A stretch of DNA of 63,487 nt, counting the filler, from Craspedostauros australis (taxonomy: Eukaryota): the NCBI GenBank assembly GCA_030167865.1. It is 13 parts of 13 records of this genome, joined end to end, with 100 filler letters (N's around TTAATTAATTAA, not from the genome) between each part and the next. Parts side by side here need not be neighbours in the genome. Positions count along the whole stretch, not along the records: positions 45,697 to 46,705 come from JALAGF010001280.1; positions 46,806 to 55,059 come from JALAGF010001281.1; positions 55,160 to 56,241 come from JALAGF010001282.1; positions 56,342 to 61,961 come from JALAGF010001283.1; 9 more parts are not named here. One strand, written 5' to 3'. The translations under genes and the position numbers were made by a program. Below, piece after piece: positions 45,597-57,254 of this stretch. The notes below the pieces were generated by a model. It made no database searches. It was not told the origin of the DNA and was given only the letters and a program-made list of their open reading frames with translations. Within the stretch, counting starts at the first letter, position 1, and each line of letters opens with the position of its first letter.

Positions 45597-48500
45597 NNNN
45601 NNNNNNNNNNNNNNNNNNNNNNNNNNNNNNNNNNNNNNNNTTAATTAATTAANNNNNNNNNNNNNNNNNNNNNNNNNNNNNNNNNNNNNNNNNNNNCAAC
45701 CACCGTTGTGGGAGAACCCATGAACATGGACACCCACGAGAGGCGGTGCTTCTCCTCCGCCTTGTTCATGACCTTGTTCATGACCTTGTTCACAACCTTG
45801 TTTGCAACATCGATGTCGTCGTTCTCCATCATTGAGGCAACTACTCTCTCTCTCTCTCTTCCAGACCAAACCAACGACATGGCAAAGTACTCTCCACACC
45901 AAAGAAGCGAACATCGGACATTCGTTGATCTGTTCTTCTTTCTTCTCTGTCCACGGAAGAGACACGAAACCAGTTGGCCACACAATTCTCAAAAAGGAAA
46001 CAATTCAAGGGGCTAATCCAATAGACACATAGCTTGTCTGCGTTGGGTGGTAGGGCTACTAGCACCTCCAAGCTTGTCTTGGATCATCCGGCTCGATCCC
46101 TCCTGGCCAAGTTCGTCTCTGGTCTCTGCCTCGGCTGTTTGCGTTGGTGTTGACTGATTCGATCCTGGTTGGAGGGAGAGCGCTGGAATCCCCCCTGGCA
46201 GAGGGAGAGTATCTTCCTCTCGGTGCCCCCTGTTTTTTTTCACAGGGGAACACGGTAATTTGTCCACTCACGACTCCACGAGCTCGTGATTGAGCTGAAT
46301 CGAGTCGTGCTTTATGACGTAGTTCCCGTCAAGCGCTGAAGTTGCGCGCCGGGCGTGCCTGATCCCCGCTCTCGCCCGATCCTCAATCTCGTGCTTGGTT
46401 AGTTGTGAGGTTCGCTTGTGCAAACGAGTGTCATTTTCGTGTCGTTTGGCGGACGGGCGTGATGCCGAAAACAAGTTTCAGAGTACTGCGACATGTTACA
46501 TTGTGTCAATTCGGACAAATGTGTTCTTCATTTTTGGACAAGTCGCGATTTCGTGTCGCATACACATAATATGCTANCTATTTCGATTATGTTTGAAATG
46601 TCCTACCACCAATGAAAAATAGTGTGTAGAAATATACGTAGCACAAGTACCAAGTTTGGCTTTGTTTGAGTTTGTGTGTCGGGGGACACAGGGGGGACAG
46701 AGGGGNNNNNNNNNNNNNNNNNNNNNNNNNNNNNNNNNNNNNNNNNNNNTTAATTAATTAANNNNNNNNNNNNNNNNNNNNNNNNNNNNNNNNNNNNNNN
46801 NNNNNTCGACCACTGATCCACAGCCCAGATGATGCATCATCATCACCTTGCCTACTGCTACCGCGCAATCCTCAACATCTCTTCGCACCGACCGCCTCGC
46901 CCACGCGAAATGTGAGTCTGTCAATCAAGGGCACGACTGGACAGCAAGCTGAAGCACGACTGGTGATTCCCAACACAATTTGCCCTTCTGCGTCCGCATG
47001 CCTTTCGTTTNTAGTCGTAGATTAATGCGAAAAATATAAACTTTTTAACTATAAGGTCCAGGCGTCTAATATTTCACACATGTACCCTCCACAACATAAT
47101 AGGATGAAATCTGTCCTCGAATTAAAAATCGGCAAGAATGTACTATCGTATCCTGAATGGGGTCATACTTCGACCGTACTTGTACATAGACGTTGTGGAC
47201 CACAAATGGGAGCACCAGTACTCCACAAAGAGAAATCGCAATCTGGCGGCGAAGCGTCCGATACTCCAGAGAACTCATGGGTCATTCGCGTTGGTGGTGG
47301 CAGCGTGTGCTTCGTGCCGTTCTGCACCTTGGACTTGTGCGAAAACAATGAATACGAGTAGAGTAGGGTAGAGTGCGAGCTATGCTACGCTGCCATCTCT
47401 CTCCTTCCCTCTTCAGAGAATGAAGGTGAGTTCAGCTCCACCACCTTTGTAGTCGTCGAAACCGATTCGACTTGATGTCGACGAAAAGAGCGAATGAGCG
47501 AAGAGGGTGTCCCTCGCTGGCAGCGACAACGAGGATGGCACTGATGCCGACGAACGCAGCAGCGGCAAGGACCAACCTCCATTTCGGCGTGCGGAGGAGT
47601 CGTCCTCTACGTGGGCTGGTGCTCCATCATCCCTATTTCTTGAGAGATTTAACACTGAGATCGAACCTCCCTCGGCTCATGTCTGATGTGCGGAACCATG
47701 AATACGAACAAGACCAAGAGCAAAGAGGACAAAGACCGCGAAGATAGGAATAGAGCACAACAGAATCAAGCAAACGGCGCCAAACGTCCAATCTCTCCAA
47801 CGACATTGTCTCTCCCTGGTCATTGACCTGGACTGCTACTACCCGTGTCGACATCATCTCCCGTCCACGTTCGAGATGATCGATGATGGATGTCCATTGC
47901 AATCATCGACGAAGCCATCAACGTTTCGTGGGTGCTCCTCGTACACGATGTCACCAATCTCGAGCAGAGTGCAGCAGAGGAGAGTAGTTGGTGGTATCGG
48001 TGGAGCAATCTTGGTTGGTGTCGCTTGGTGGCGAACGACATTTTGCTTTTCGCCATGATTTTGTATAGTACAGACTAACTGTGAGCCTAGACTACATAGC
48101 AAGTCGGGTTCGCAGCCAGCACTGGCGCACACTGGTTCATGGTGCTGGTCGTTGCTGCGCCCAACGTATTTGCATTGCTGCCGGCAGCGCCTGGACTTCG
48201 CTCAGCTTGCGGAATCACAAGTTCTTGTCCGCTGTCTAACCTATTTCTGTGGACATGACATTTCCGGCTCCATTTGTCATTGATTTTCGTCGATATGTTT
48301 GAACCATCGTTCTTCCTGTTCAGTGCGTGAAGTGAACTCGCGGACACATAATGAAACACCGCGTCATCGATATGTCCAAAAAGGCGGATAAATGATGATA
48401 TCTCATTGAAGACTTGCCCAGCTTCACGACCAACAACACAAAGGAAAGTAGTGGGACGAAAGTTCACCACGCGAGTGCCGGGTCCATGGCCGCTGAGTAC

Positions 48501-49477
48501 GTGTACTCGTGAGCACAACACAATTGTCGGCCACCAAACGATCACCGAAGAGGATAGGAACCACAAACCAATCAGAACGCGTGTTCAAACGCGAAACCCG
48601 TACGGTACCGGATGTGCACAAATCAAGGAAACATTACGGACCCAAGACCATTCGGAAAGGCCTCTTCCTTAATCGTCCATGTAATTGTTATCATAGTCTT
48701 CTGATGACTGTGACCATCTGTATCACGAGCGAACTCAATCGAACGATCACACCAACACTTTGGCAACCAACAGAATCTGAACACCACACTGAAACCGCAT
48801 GCAACGCTTCGGTCATTTCTATTTTCGGCCTTGCTCGTTGACGAGCGCGAGTCCCCCCTTTGAAAATCACGGGGACTGTAGGCTGCAGGTTTCACCGAAG
48901 TGTTTTCAGGCTTGCGTCACACACGCCCAAACTCCGAAGACAGATTCGCGGGACACGCGAAACCCTGAAGACAGATTCGTGGGGCACAATACTCGCGTGG
49001 TCTCTGCCAAACACGCGTTTGTATGTTGCGTTGGCAAGAAACTACACGGTACAACGCGACAGAAAACAACCAAGGAGCCAGAAGACCACCCAAACAACCA
49101 GCGAAAATGGTGTTATGTGCACAACGTCGCCAGAACAACGCTGGAACAGTACGCAACAACCTCCGCGAAAGTGGTCGCCTTTTTGTGCGTCCTTCTCTGC
49201 CAGGAAACAGAAGTATCGCACAACAAATTCAGCAACACCAACAAGAGGCCCACAAATAAGTATCGCTGGCATCAGACAACCAACCAACCAACCAACTCGC
49301 GTCGCCCGAGCACTCCACCATCCATCCACCAAGAACCACCGCAAGAGCCTCTCACACCCCCATCGTCCCCCGCAACGCACGCAAAGCATATAGCAGAGCT
49401 ATCCCTGACAGCACACTGACAGCACACTGACAGCACAGTAATACCCCGCTCTCCGGCAACCCTCAAGGTGCATAAAA

Positions 49478-51881
49478 ATGTTCGCAAGCGCATCGAAGGC
49501 ATCGTACGACTTCGCAAGAGCCATTGCGGACGAAGATGAGCGCAGAGCCCGTCGTAAGAAGCTCCCAACGCAGCGCAATCCAAACACCGGTCGCAACATC
49601 ATCACCAACAGCGGAGGCAAGAAGTCCAAGGCCAAGTGGGTTCCCAACAAGAGCAAGCCCATCGTGAGCACCAGCAAGGGCGTTGGTCGGCCTCCCATCA
49701 ACGGTTCAGTCAACAACAACAGTCATAACACCGCCACCGCCGCCACCACCACCACCACCACCACCAGTCATAACAACAACAGCCACAACAAGGACGACGA
49801 CGACATGATCATCAAGGACAGCATCATCAATGACAGCAGCCACGGCAGCGACTATAACACCAGCCAACCGTTCAAGGCCGCCATGAAGCACACGATCACT
49901 GACATGCGCGACGCATCGGTCGCCGTGCTGCTCGACACAGCGTCCGAGATCGTCCAGCAGCAGACCGAGCAGTCCAAGATGCTCACCAACGCCAAGGAGC
50001 GCGTCGAGCGCATGCCCCACTTCAGCATCCGCGAGGTCACTCTGGGCCGCGTCCTCGGTCGCGGGGGCTTCTGCGTGGTCAGGGAGATCGAGAAGATCCG
50101 CATGCTCGATGCGCAGGGGCGCAAGATCAAGCCGGCTCGTCGCGGCAAGGGCAACACCTCCGCGGCCGGTTCCGCCAGCACCAGGAGCTCCGTGCTCTCG
50201 CGCCTCTTTCGCTTCAAGCGCAAGGGCTCCCTCAACCCGGGCACCACCTCCAGCCGCCGCAGTCAGCGCAGCCAGCCCAAGAGGGCCGACAGCTACTCCC
50301 TGCGCGAAGGCGGCTTCGACAACGACCTGGGCGAGCTATCCGAGGTCGGGGAGGACAAGGAATTCGACCAGCCGCTGCCAATGACCTCCGGCAAGGGCGG
50401 AGACCAGGGCATGGCACTCGCCTTCGACTTCACCTCCTCCAAGGACTTCGTGGTCCGCAATGCCAAGACCAGCAAGTACGTCCTCAAGCGCGTCTGCCTC
50501 GATCTCAAGCACGAGGACAAGGTCACCTTCATGAAGGGAACCGTGGATCTCGCCATGGAGGCAAACTTCCTCGGCGCCCTCCACCACCCCAACATCATCT
50601 CCCTCATCGGCGTCAGCGACAGGGACCCCAGCGAGGAGGGATTCTTCATCATCATCGAGAAGCTCCATGAGACTCTCACCAAGCGCTTCAAGACGTGGTC
50701 AACAGCTGACCGCACATGCAAGGGAATCACCGGAGTCATCATCGGAAGCAAGAAGAAATCCGAGGACCTCATGAAGGAACGTCTCGAGGCTGCCCTCGAC
50801 ATTGCCAGCGGCGGATCCTATCTTCACAGAAATCGCATCGTCTTTCGAGATCTGGTAAGTGCCGTTTCGGTTTCTTTTGCTTGTCCTGCGCTGTTCTTTT
50901 CGTGCCTTCTGCTCAGCTGGTGTCGCTGGTGGTGGTTCTGTACGGATCCGCGGTCACGTTCGGTTCCGCTGATTCTGGGATTTGGTAGTGGAGGTTCTTC
51001 GCGATGGTGCCAACTTCCCCATAGGGAACGCGCCGATTGCCGCCAACAACGAAACACCTACTCTGGACCTTTCTGCTGGACATGCTTTTTCGGCGCCGAC
51101 ACATCGCCACATCCACGACGTGGTCTCTTGCCTTCACTTCCAACAGTCGTCATGGACCTCAACGATGGATGTGGTGGCGGCGACGAACATCATTTCTTGT
51201 CCAACTTCACAGGAGCCGACGGGAAGTTGTTCCAGCGTTTCAACCACCTGCGGTGTTCGATTGTCCTCCGTTTCAGCCTGTTCTGGCCCATTCGCTGAAT
51301 GCCGTGGCTAATTCCTTCTTTCCCACTCCAATGACTCTTTATCCTTCTTCCATGGACTCATCCATCCATCCTTCCTTCCTATCAACCAATCTCCTGTTAA
51401 CCCTGAAAACACCCAACAGAAACCGGACAACATCGGCTTCGACAACAACAACTGCCTCAAGCTCTTCGACTTTGGTCTCGCCAAGGAACTCAACGAGGAG
51501 GAGAGGGTGATGAATGGATTGTACAGAATGACAGGCATGACGGGAGCCATGCGATACATGGCGCCGGAAGTCGGCCTTAACAAACCGTACAACCTCACCA
51601 CCGACGTGTACAGCTGGGCAATGATCATGTGGTACATACTGGCGCTGGAGCCGCCGTTCGGCTTCTACACGCAAGACATGATCCTCGACCGAGTCTTCCA
51701 GCGCAAGTCGAGACCCGCCATCTTTAAGGCCTGGCCGACGGAGATCTCCAGCCTCATGCAACGCGCATGGAGCCACAACATCTCCAAGCGACCAGGCTTC
51801 GATGAGGTCTGCAGCGTCCTCAGGCAGGAGCTGTACGACGGGGGATCCACTGTGGCGGGATCATCGATAGGTGGCGACTGA
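49478..51881 (+). CDS. Protein kinase (TKL-like, diatom-expanded type); exons 49478-50854, 51420-51881
   Basis: LGRGGFCVV, YVLK, DLAMEANFL..LHHPNII, FRDL|KPDNIGFD, DFGLAKE, GAMRYMAPEV and DVYSW. A 565-nt GT-AG intron splits the catalytic loop in frame. Confidence 0.92.
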
Positions 51882-53039
51882 CAGATTGCCGGCAGCTCTA
51901 CCAATGGAAGCCACTCCGCCGGTTCCCAGAGACAGTAGCCGCCGCCCCGCAAGAAACGGGATAGATCCAGCCGGGCGTGTTCTCCGTCCCTTCATGGATC
52001 CAAAACAGTGACCATCACAATGGATTAGACTCCTCTTTCTCTACAGAGAAACAAACAACCGAAAACGCCATGACAAACGAAATTGGAACATCGTGAATGA
52101 TCGGCTATCACGCGACGCGTGCATGCCCCCAGGCAACAAGCTACTCCCCACCGAGAGGGATTGATACGGCGTGCCGGGTCCGCACCCTGTAACAATAGAG
52201 TTGGCCAGAAACAAATCTGGACCAACAACCACCACCATTACAATGTAAACTAGAAAACCATAACGGTAAGGAAAACGAAAGCTTCATCTCTTCACGCCTC
52301 TCCACCACACCCCGCGGTTCATCCTGGTACTGTTATGTTCTCACGAGCCAAGACTACGAGCGCATTGTTGCTGACTCGTGCACACCTCCAGGGTCATTGG
52401 TCAAGGCAGGTTTGCTCTGCAATTTGGTTCGTGGTGAAGAGACAAATTCTGCGAAAGTCAGAACCGCATTGTTGGTTCTCGTTGACTTTCACTCTCCTCT
52501 GCCTGACCTTCGTCCGAGACGGGATGTGTCAGTTTGTTGTTTCTTGTGTCTGTCTGTCTATGAGTCACGTTTGTGCATGTGCATGTCTGTTTGCAAACAA
52601 ACATGTCTGTCTGTGTTTGTCTTTGCTGTGTACGCACGCGAGGTTGAATGAAGCACGGATGGCAGACAGACGAGTGCTCGTCAAACGCACCAACAATTCT
52701 TCACACCACCCAAAACAACGAATCTTCGACTTCGCACATGATCCATCAAACAACATCAACATCAACACAAGAAGAGAGACTAAGTAAGAGATGAAATGGC
52801 ATGGCTACGATCGATGTTTGCATTGATGGAGGAGTCAGCCAACGTACCATACGCAGACATTACCAGTAAAGAAATGCATCAAGGAAACGAGCAGCCGCGC
52901 GAAACGCACTGCGCCGAAAATGAGATCGAGATGATGATGCCGATGATGAATGGCAAGCGGTGACGAACAGCGGTCTCAAATATGTCGCATCGCTCAGCGA
53001 CATCAGAAAGGAAGATATCAAACCAACTGCTCCGGAGTA

Positions 53040-54608
53040 GAAAAGATCTTGGAGCATGGGAAATCGCAGCGCCGAACTTGTTGGCCACAAGGATCAGCTT
53101 TTGCAGATCATCCTGTCCAGCGAGGGTGGGAGTTGGCTGGTGAGAGACATCATTGTCAGTGTCATCATGAGTGTTGTCACCAAAGGATATCTCACCTGTG
53201 CAGATGCATTGGAGGACTTATCGGATGTGGTGTGGTTGAAGACTGGGAAGAGGGATGGTTGTTTGGATGGGTTCAGTTCTATCGTGGGCGCCATCATGGG
53301 CACCATCCTGAGCGCATTGATGTTGGAATCCTTTGTCTATCAGTGTCTCAGTGGATGGGACAGTGATCATGAGAACTCCGGAGTTTGCCTTGATTGCTTG
53401 TTGGTCGTCCCCTTCCCACACAGGAAGGTAACGTCTGCGATGGCCTCGGTACGAATAGCAATGCGACGATCCTGACCGATGCTGATGTTGGTCGCAGCGC
53501 TGATTTATGTGTTGTTGTGTCGTGATAGTGTTGTGATGATGTTTGTGTGGCTTTGCTTGTGCACTTGCATCTGCAGTTGTGAGTTGCGGTAGTTGAGACC
53601 AGTGATGATCGATCTCATCACTTTGATTTGATCGTTTGTATCGATCATATCGAGGGGGGTTTTGTTCTTGTTGTTTTGGATGTCGATATCAGCTTTGGCT
53701 GATGCGATGAGGTACTCCACGCATGCAGAATGGCCGCGCTTGCATGCCCAATGGAGGGGAGTGTCGCCATCGTTCGTTTCGCAGTTGGAGTCGGCCCCAC
53801 ATGATTCGATGAGGTACTTCGCACGCTCCAGGTGGCCTCCGCGGCATGCCCAATGGAGGGGAGTGTTGCCATCATCGTCTTTGCAGTCGATCTCCGCCCC
53901 ACATGATTCGATGAGGTACTTCGCACACTCCAGGTGGCCTTTGAAGCATGCGTATTGAAGGGCAGTGCGACCCATGCTGTCTTCGCAGTTGTTGTTCGCC
54001 CCACATGATTCGATGAGGTACTTCACACACTCCAGCTTGCCGTTGATGCATGCCCGATGAAGGGGAGTGTCACCATCGTTGCTTTTGCAGTTGGCATTCG
54101 CCCCACATGATTCGATGAGGTACTTGATACACTCCAGGTGGCCGTTCTTGCATGCCCGATGAAGGGGAGTCCAACCATAGTTGGCTTCGCAGTTGGCATT
54201 CGCCCCACATGATTCGATGAGGTACTTCACACACTCCAGCTTGCCGTTGATGCATGCCCGATGAAGGGGAGTGTCACCATCGTTGCTTTTGCAGTTGGCA
54301 TTCGCCCCACATGATTCGATGAGGTACTTGATACACTCCAGGTGGCCGTTGATGCATGCCCGATGAAGGGGAGTGTCACCATAGTTGCTTTTGCAGTTGG
54401 CATTCGCCTCACATGATTCGATGAGGTACTTCACACACTCCAGCTGGCCTTTGTGGCATGCCCAATGCACGGGAGTCCAACCACTCCTGTCTGTGACCTT
54501 GTTGACATCAACTTGTGTCTTCTTGTTCTGTTTCTTCCATTCCTTCAACACCGACAATTCACCTTCTTTGGCAGCATAACGGAGTTGTCGGTCCGTGACA
54601 TTCGGCAT
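53040..54608 (-). pseudogene. Ankyrin-repeat (9-10 repeats) plus BTB/POZ gene; ANK part open (54608-53505), BTB part disrupted
   Basis: Repeats GxTPLHxAC.NG.LEC.KYLIESCGA. Past the in-frame TAA at 53507-53505 the frame reads ADVTFLCG. After a frameshift it reads IKANSGVL...TIPLPSL..HIR*VLQCICTGEI...LQKLILVANKFG. Confidence 0.75.
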
Positions 54609-55199
54609 TTGAGAGGATGGTCGATGGTTGCTGGACGATTGATGTTGGACGATTGATGTTGGATTGGCTGTCGAGGAAGTGTGCAGTCTGAGCAATTATA
54701 CCTTTGGCAGAGATATCGATGGTGTGTCTTCAATAGCTTGTATTAGTATAATATGAGTACTATGCACTGTGTGATGAATGTGAGTGGCAATTCGATGTCT
54801 GTTGTTGATGTGCTCGAGTATGGGGTTGTGTGGTGTGTTGTTGCTGTCTTTCTCTCTTTCTCTCTTTGCGCACAAGCATCGTCGTGTTTGCCTCCTTCTC
54901 TTGATCGCACCCCTCTCTGGTTCGTGCGGCTTGGATCCTCCTGTTCCCATCCATCACGAGTATGTACTACTACGACTACGACCTGCACTCAATGTAAAAC
55001 GGTGTCGCGATAGCACTAGTTGTGGAGTGTTTTTTTGAGTTTTACTCGTGATGAGTCGTNNNNNNNNNNNNNNNNNNNNNNNNNNNNNNNNNNNNNNNNN
55101 NNNTTAATTAATTAANNNNNNNNNNNNNNNNNNNNNNNNNNNNNNNNNNNNNNNNNNNNGAGTACTCCACTCCACACCATTTCAAATCGAGGAGCCAAA

Positions 55200-55480
55200 A
55201 AGGCGTCCGACAAGTACGCAATTCGCATCCGACAAGTACACGATTTCCATCCGACAGATACTAAATAGGCAAGAANATTAACGGTTTAGTAACCGTCGGA
55301 CTAGAACTTTAGAATTGTCGGAGTAGAAATGGCGAACCACAAATTCTATCTTTTGATTTCTACGTGAGCTACTACTGGCTGTTGCGTAGGAAAGCACACA
55401 TGAGACTTGTCGGCGAAAACCAGGTACTTGTCCCCCCAAAAACGAATACCGTCGGTTCCTAAGAATTTCTTGTCGGAGGG
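55200..55480. mobile_element. DNA-transposon-like terminal region with repeated TCCGACAAG motifs in both orientations
   Basis: Three TCCGACA copies at 22-nt period (55206, 55228, 55250) and inverted TTGTCGG copies near 55315, 55406 and 55470. Confidence 0.45.
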
Positions 55481-55894
55481 ACAATATCCAGATTTGAAGA
55501 CATCATTCCAAGTGAGCCGTCCAAAGCACATGAACCTGAGTATGCTCACCAAATCCAACTGAGCTCCCACAAAGAGCAAATTCGACCCACGAGGAAGTTG
55601 CATTCCGAACAAAACAGGATGATGGGACCTCATGCCCTCATATACGCACCACGACCCTCCTCATCTGTGTAATACTGGTGATTGAAACAGGCAATGGCGG
55701 ATGTGACAGCCTGAATGCTTGCCGTAGTCTGGCTGCATTGCTCCTACCTGCGTGCTTGATTTGAATAGACAGCTGGTTGATCGATCGATGATACCATCTC
55801 CCAGCATTGGTCGAGTTGTTTGCAGCGTTGCACTCGCAGTATCTGCTGTAGCAGGGGTGTCCGTCACAAGCCCACAATTCAGCTTACCTCCAAG

Positions 55895-56130
55895 ATGGCA
55901 CAAATCCAAGTTGCTCGAGCTCAAAGGTGGTCACCCGCAGGAGATCACGCTGCATACATCATCAAAGGTTTCATCTCCAATCCTCCTCGCTTCCAACCAA
56001 CCAAGGAAGGCTTCTCGAACTTCTGGGAGTCGCACGTCGAGTGGCACAGTCTGTACAGCCAGAAGAACACGAAGAAGAATTTTCTCAATTGTTGGGCCCG
56101 TCTGCTGAAGTTCCTCGAGAGTGGAAAAAG
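55895..56130 (+). CDS. First exon of a hypothetical, possibly transposon-associated protein
   Basis: MAQIQVARAQRWSPAGDHAAYIIKGF...KNFLNCWARLLKFLESGK, then an AG|GTGCGT donor; truncated by the linker. Confidence 0.4.
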
Positions 56131-56341
56131 GTGCGTCCGTTTTGTGATGTTGCATGGTGTGACTATTATTGTGATCGCCGACTGTCCTGACATGTTCGTG
56201 AACCAAATCTCTTCTCACACAGCTCTGATTTGCTTCGCTGTNNNNNNNNNNNNNNNNNNNNNNNNNNNNNNNNNNNNNNNNNNNNTTAATTAATTAANNN
56301 NNNNNNNNNNNNNNNNNNNNNNNNNNNNNNNNNNNNNNNNN

Positions 56342-56521
56342 ACCGACTCATAGTCGGAGACCGAATCTACGAAACAGATTGAAGCGCCGAGAGCATCGGG
56401 CAAGACAACTGGTGTACACCGAGAGCATCGGAGTAGCCAACTAATGAAATAGCAAACAGACGACTATCAACCACCACCATCTTCCACGATCGTAGGTTAC
56501 CGTGAGCGGAACTTGCCAACA
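56342..56521 (+). mobile_element. LTR 3' end (same family as 41380-41559)
   Basis: 180-nt ungapped match to the reverse complement of 41380-41559, ending in CCAACA. Confidence 0.8.
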
Positions 56522-56912
56522 CATCAGTGCATGAACGCAACAGCACATTTGCGCATTCTCGTTCTCCCACATCAACTAACCAGCCCATTCAGCCATTGAC
56601 ACATCAGTGCATGAACGCAACAGCACATTTGCACGTCCTCGTTCTCCCACATCAACCAACCAGCCCATTCAGCCATCGACACATCAGTGCATGAACGCGG
56701 CGGCACATTCGCGCGTCCTTGTTCTCCCATATCAGTGCATGAACGCAACAGCACATTTGCGCATTCTCGTTCTCCCACATCAACCAACCAGCCCATTCAG
56801 CCATCGACACATCAGTGCATGAACGCAACGGCACACTCACATACTTCCACATCAATGCACCAGCACACTCATACTCCCACCTCGACCACCCAGCACAATC
56901 AGCCATTGACAC
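56521..56912 (+). repeat. 80-bp tandem repeat, about 5 copies (one internally deleted, last degenerate)
   Basis: ATCAGTGCATGAACGC recurs at 56523, 56603, 56683, 56733 and 56813. Confidence 0.9.
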
Positions 56913-57254
56913 ACGCCCCACAATGGTTGGCTCTGAAGTCTGTTTCTACAAAAATGGGCCTGATGCTACAGAGCTGATCAATGCTTTCTTGGATGAACCA
57001 ACAAAATGGCACTGGGAGGCAACACCTCTACGTCTGCAGCATTCTTTCTTGCTCAAGTACAATGCAAAGAAGTTTGTTTGGACCTCCGTGAATTCAAATG
57101 AGCACTGGTGAAGAAGGGTTTGTTTCATCGTAAGTATGACACTCCCAGCAACATTGTGAACATTCCATCCTGAGCATCTCTGTTCTCAACAAGGCTACTT
57201 CTCATCATTTTCTTTCTCTCTGTCATTTGTCACCAACATACGCCCTTCATTGCT

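Noticed and set aside
47045..47062. TAACTATAAGGTCC resembling the LSU rRNA / I-CeuI site
   Set aside because: Short imperfect match with no flanking rRNA similarity.
50855..51298. C-terminal 147 codons of the listed 606-aa kinase ORF
   Set aside because: Read-through into the intron; the kinase continues at 51420 after splicing.
56521..56912. Possible CRISPR array
   Set aside because: The whole 80-bp unit is repeated with no unique spacers, no cas genes are present, and the context is eukaryotic.
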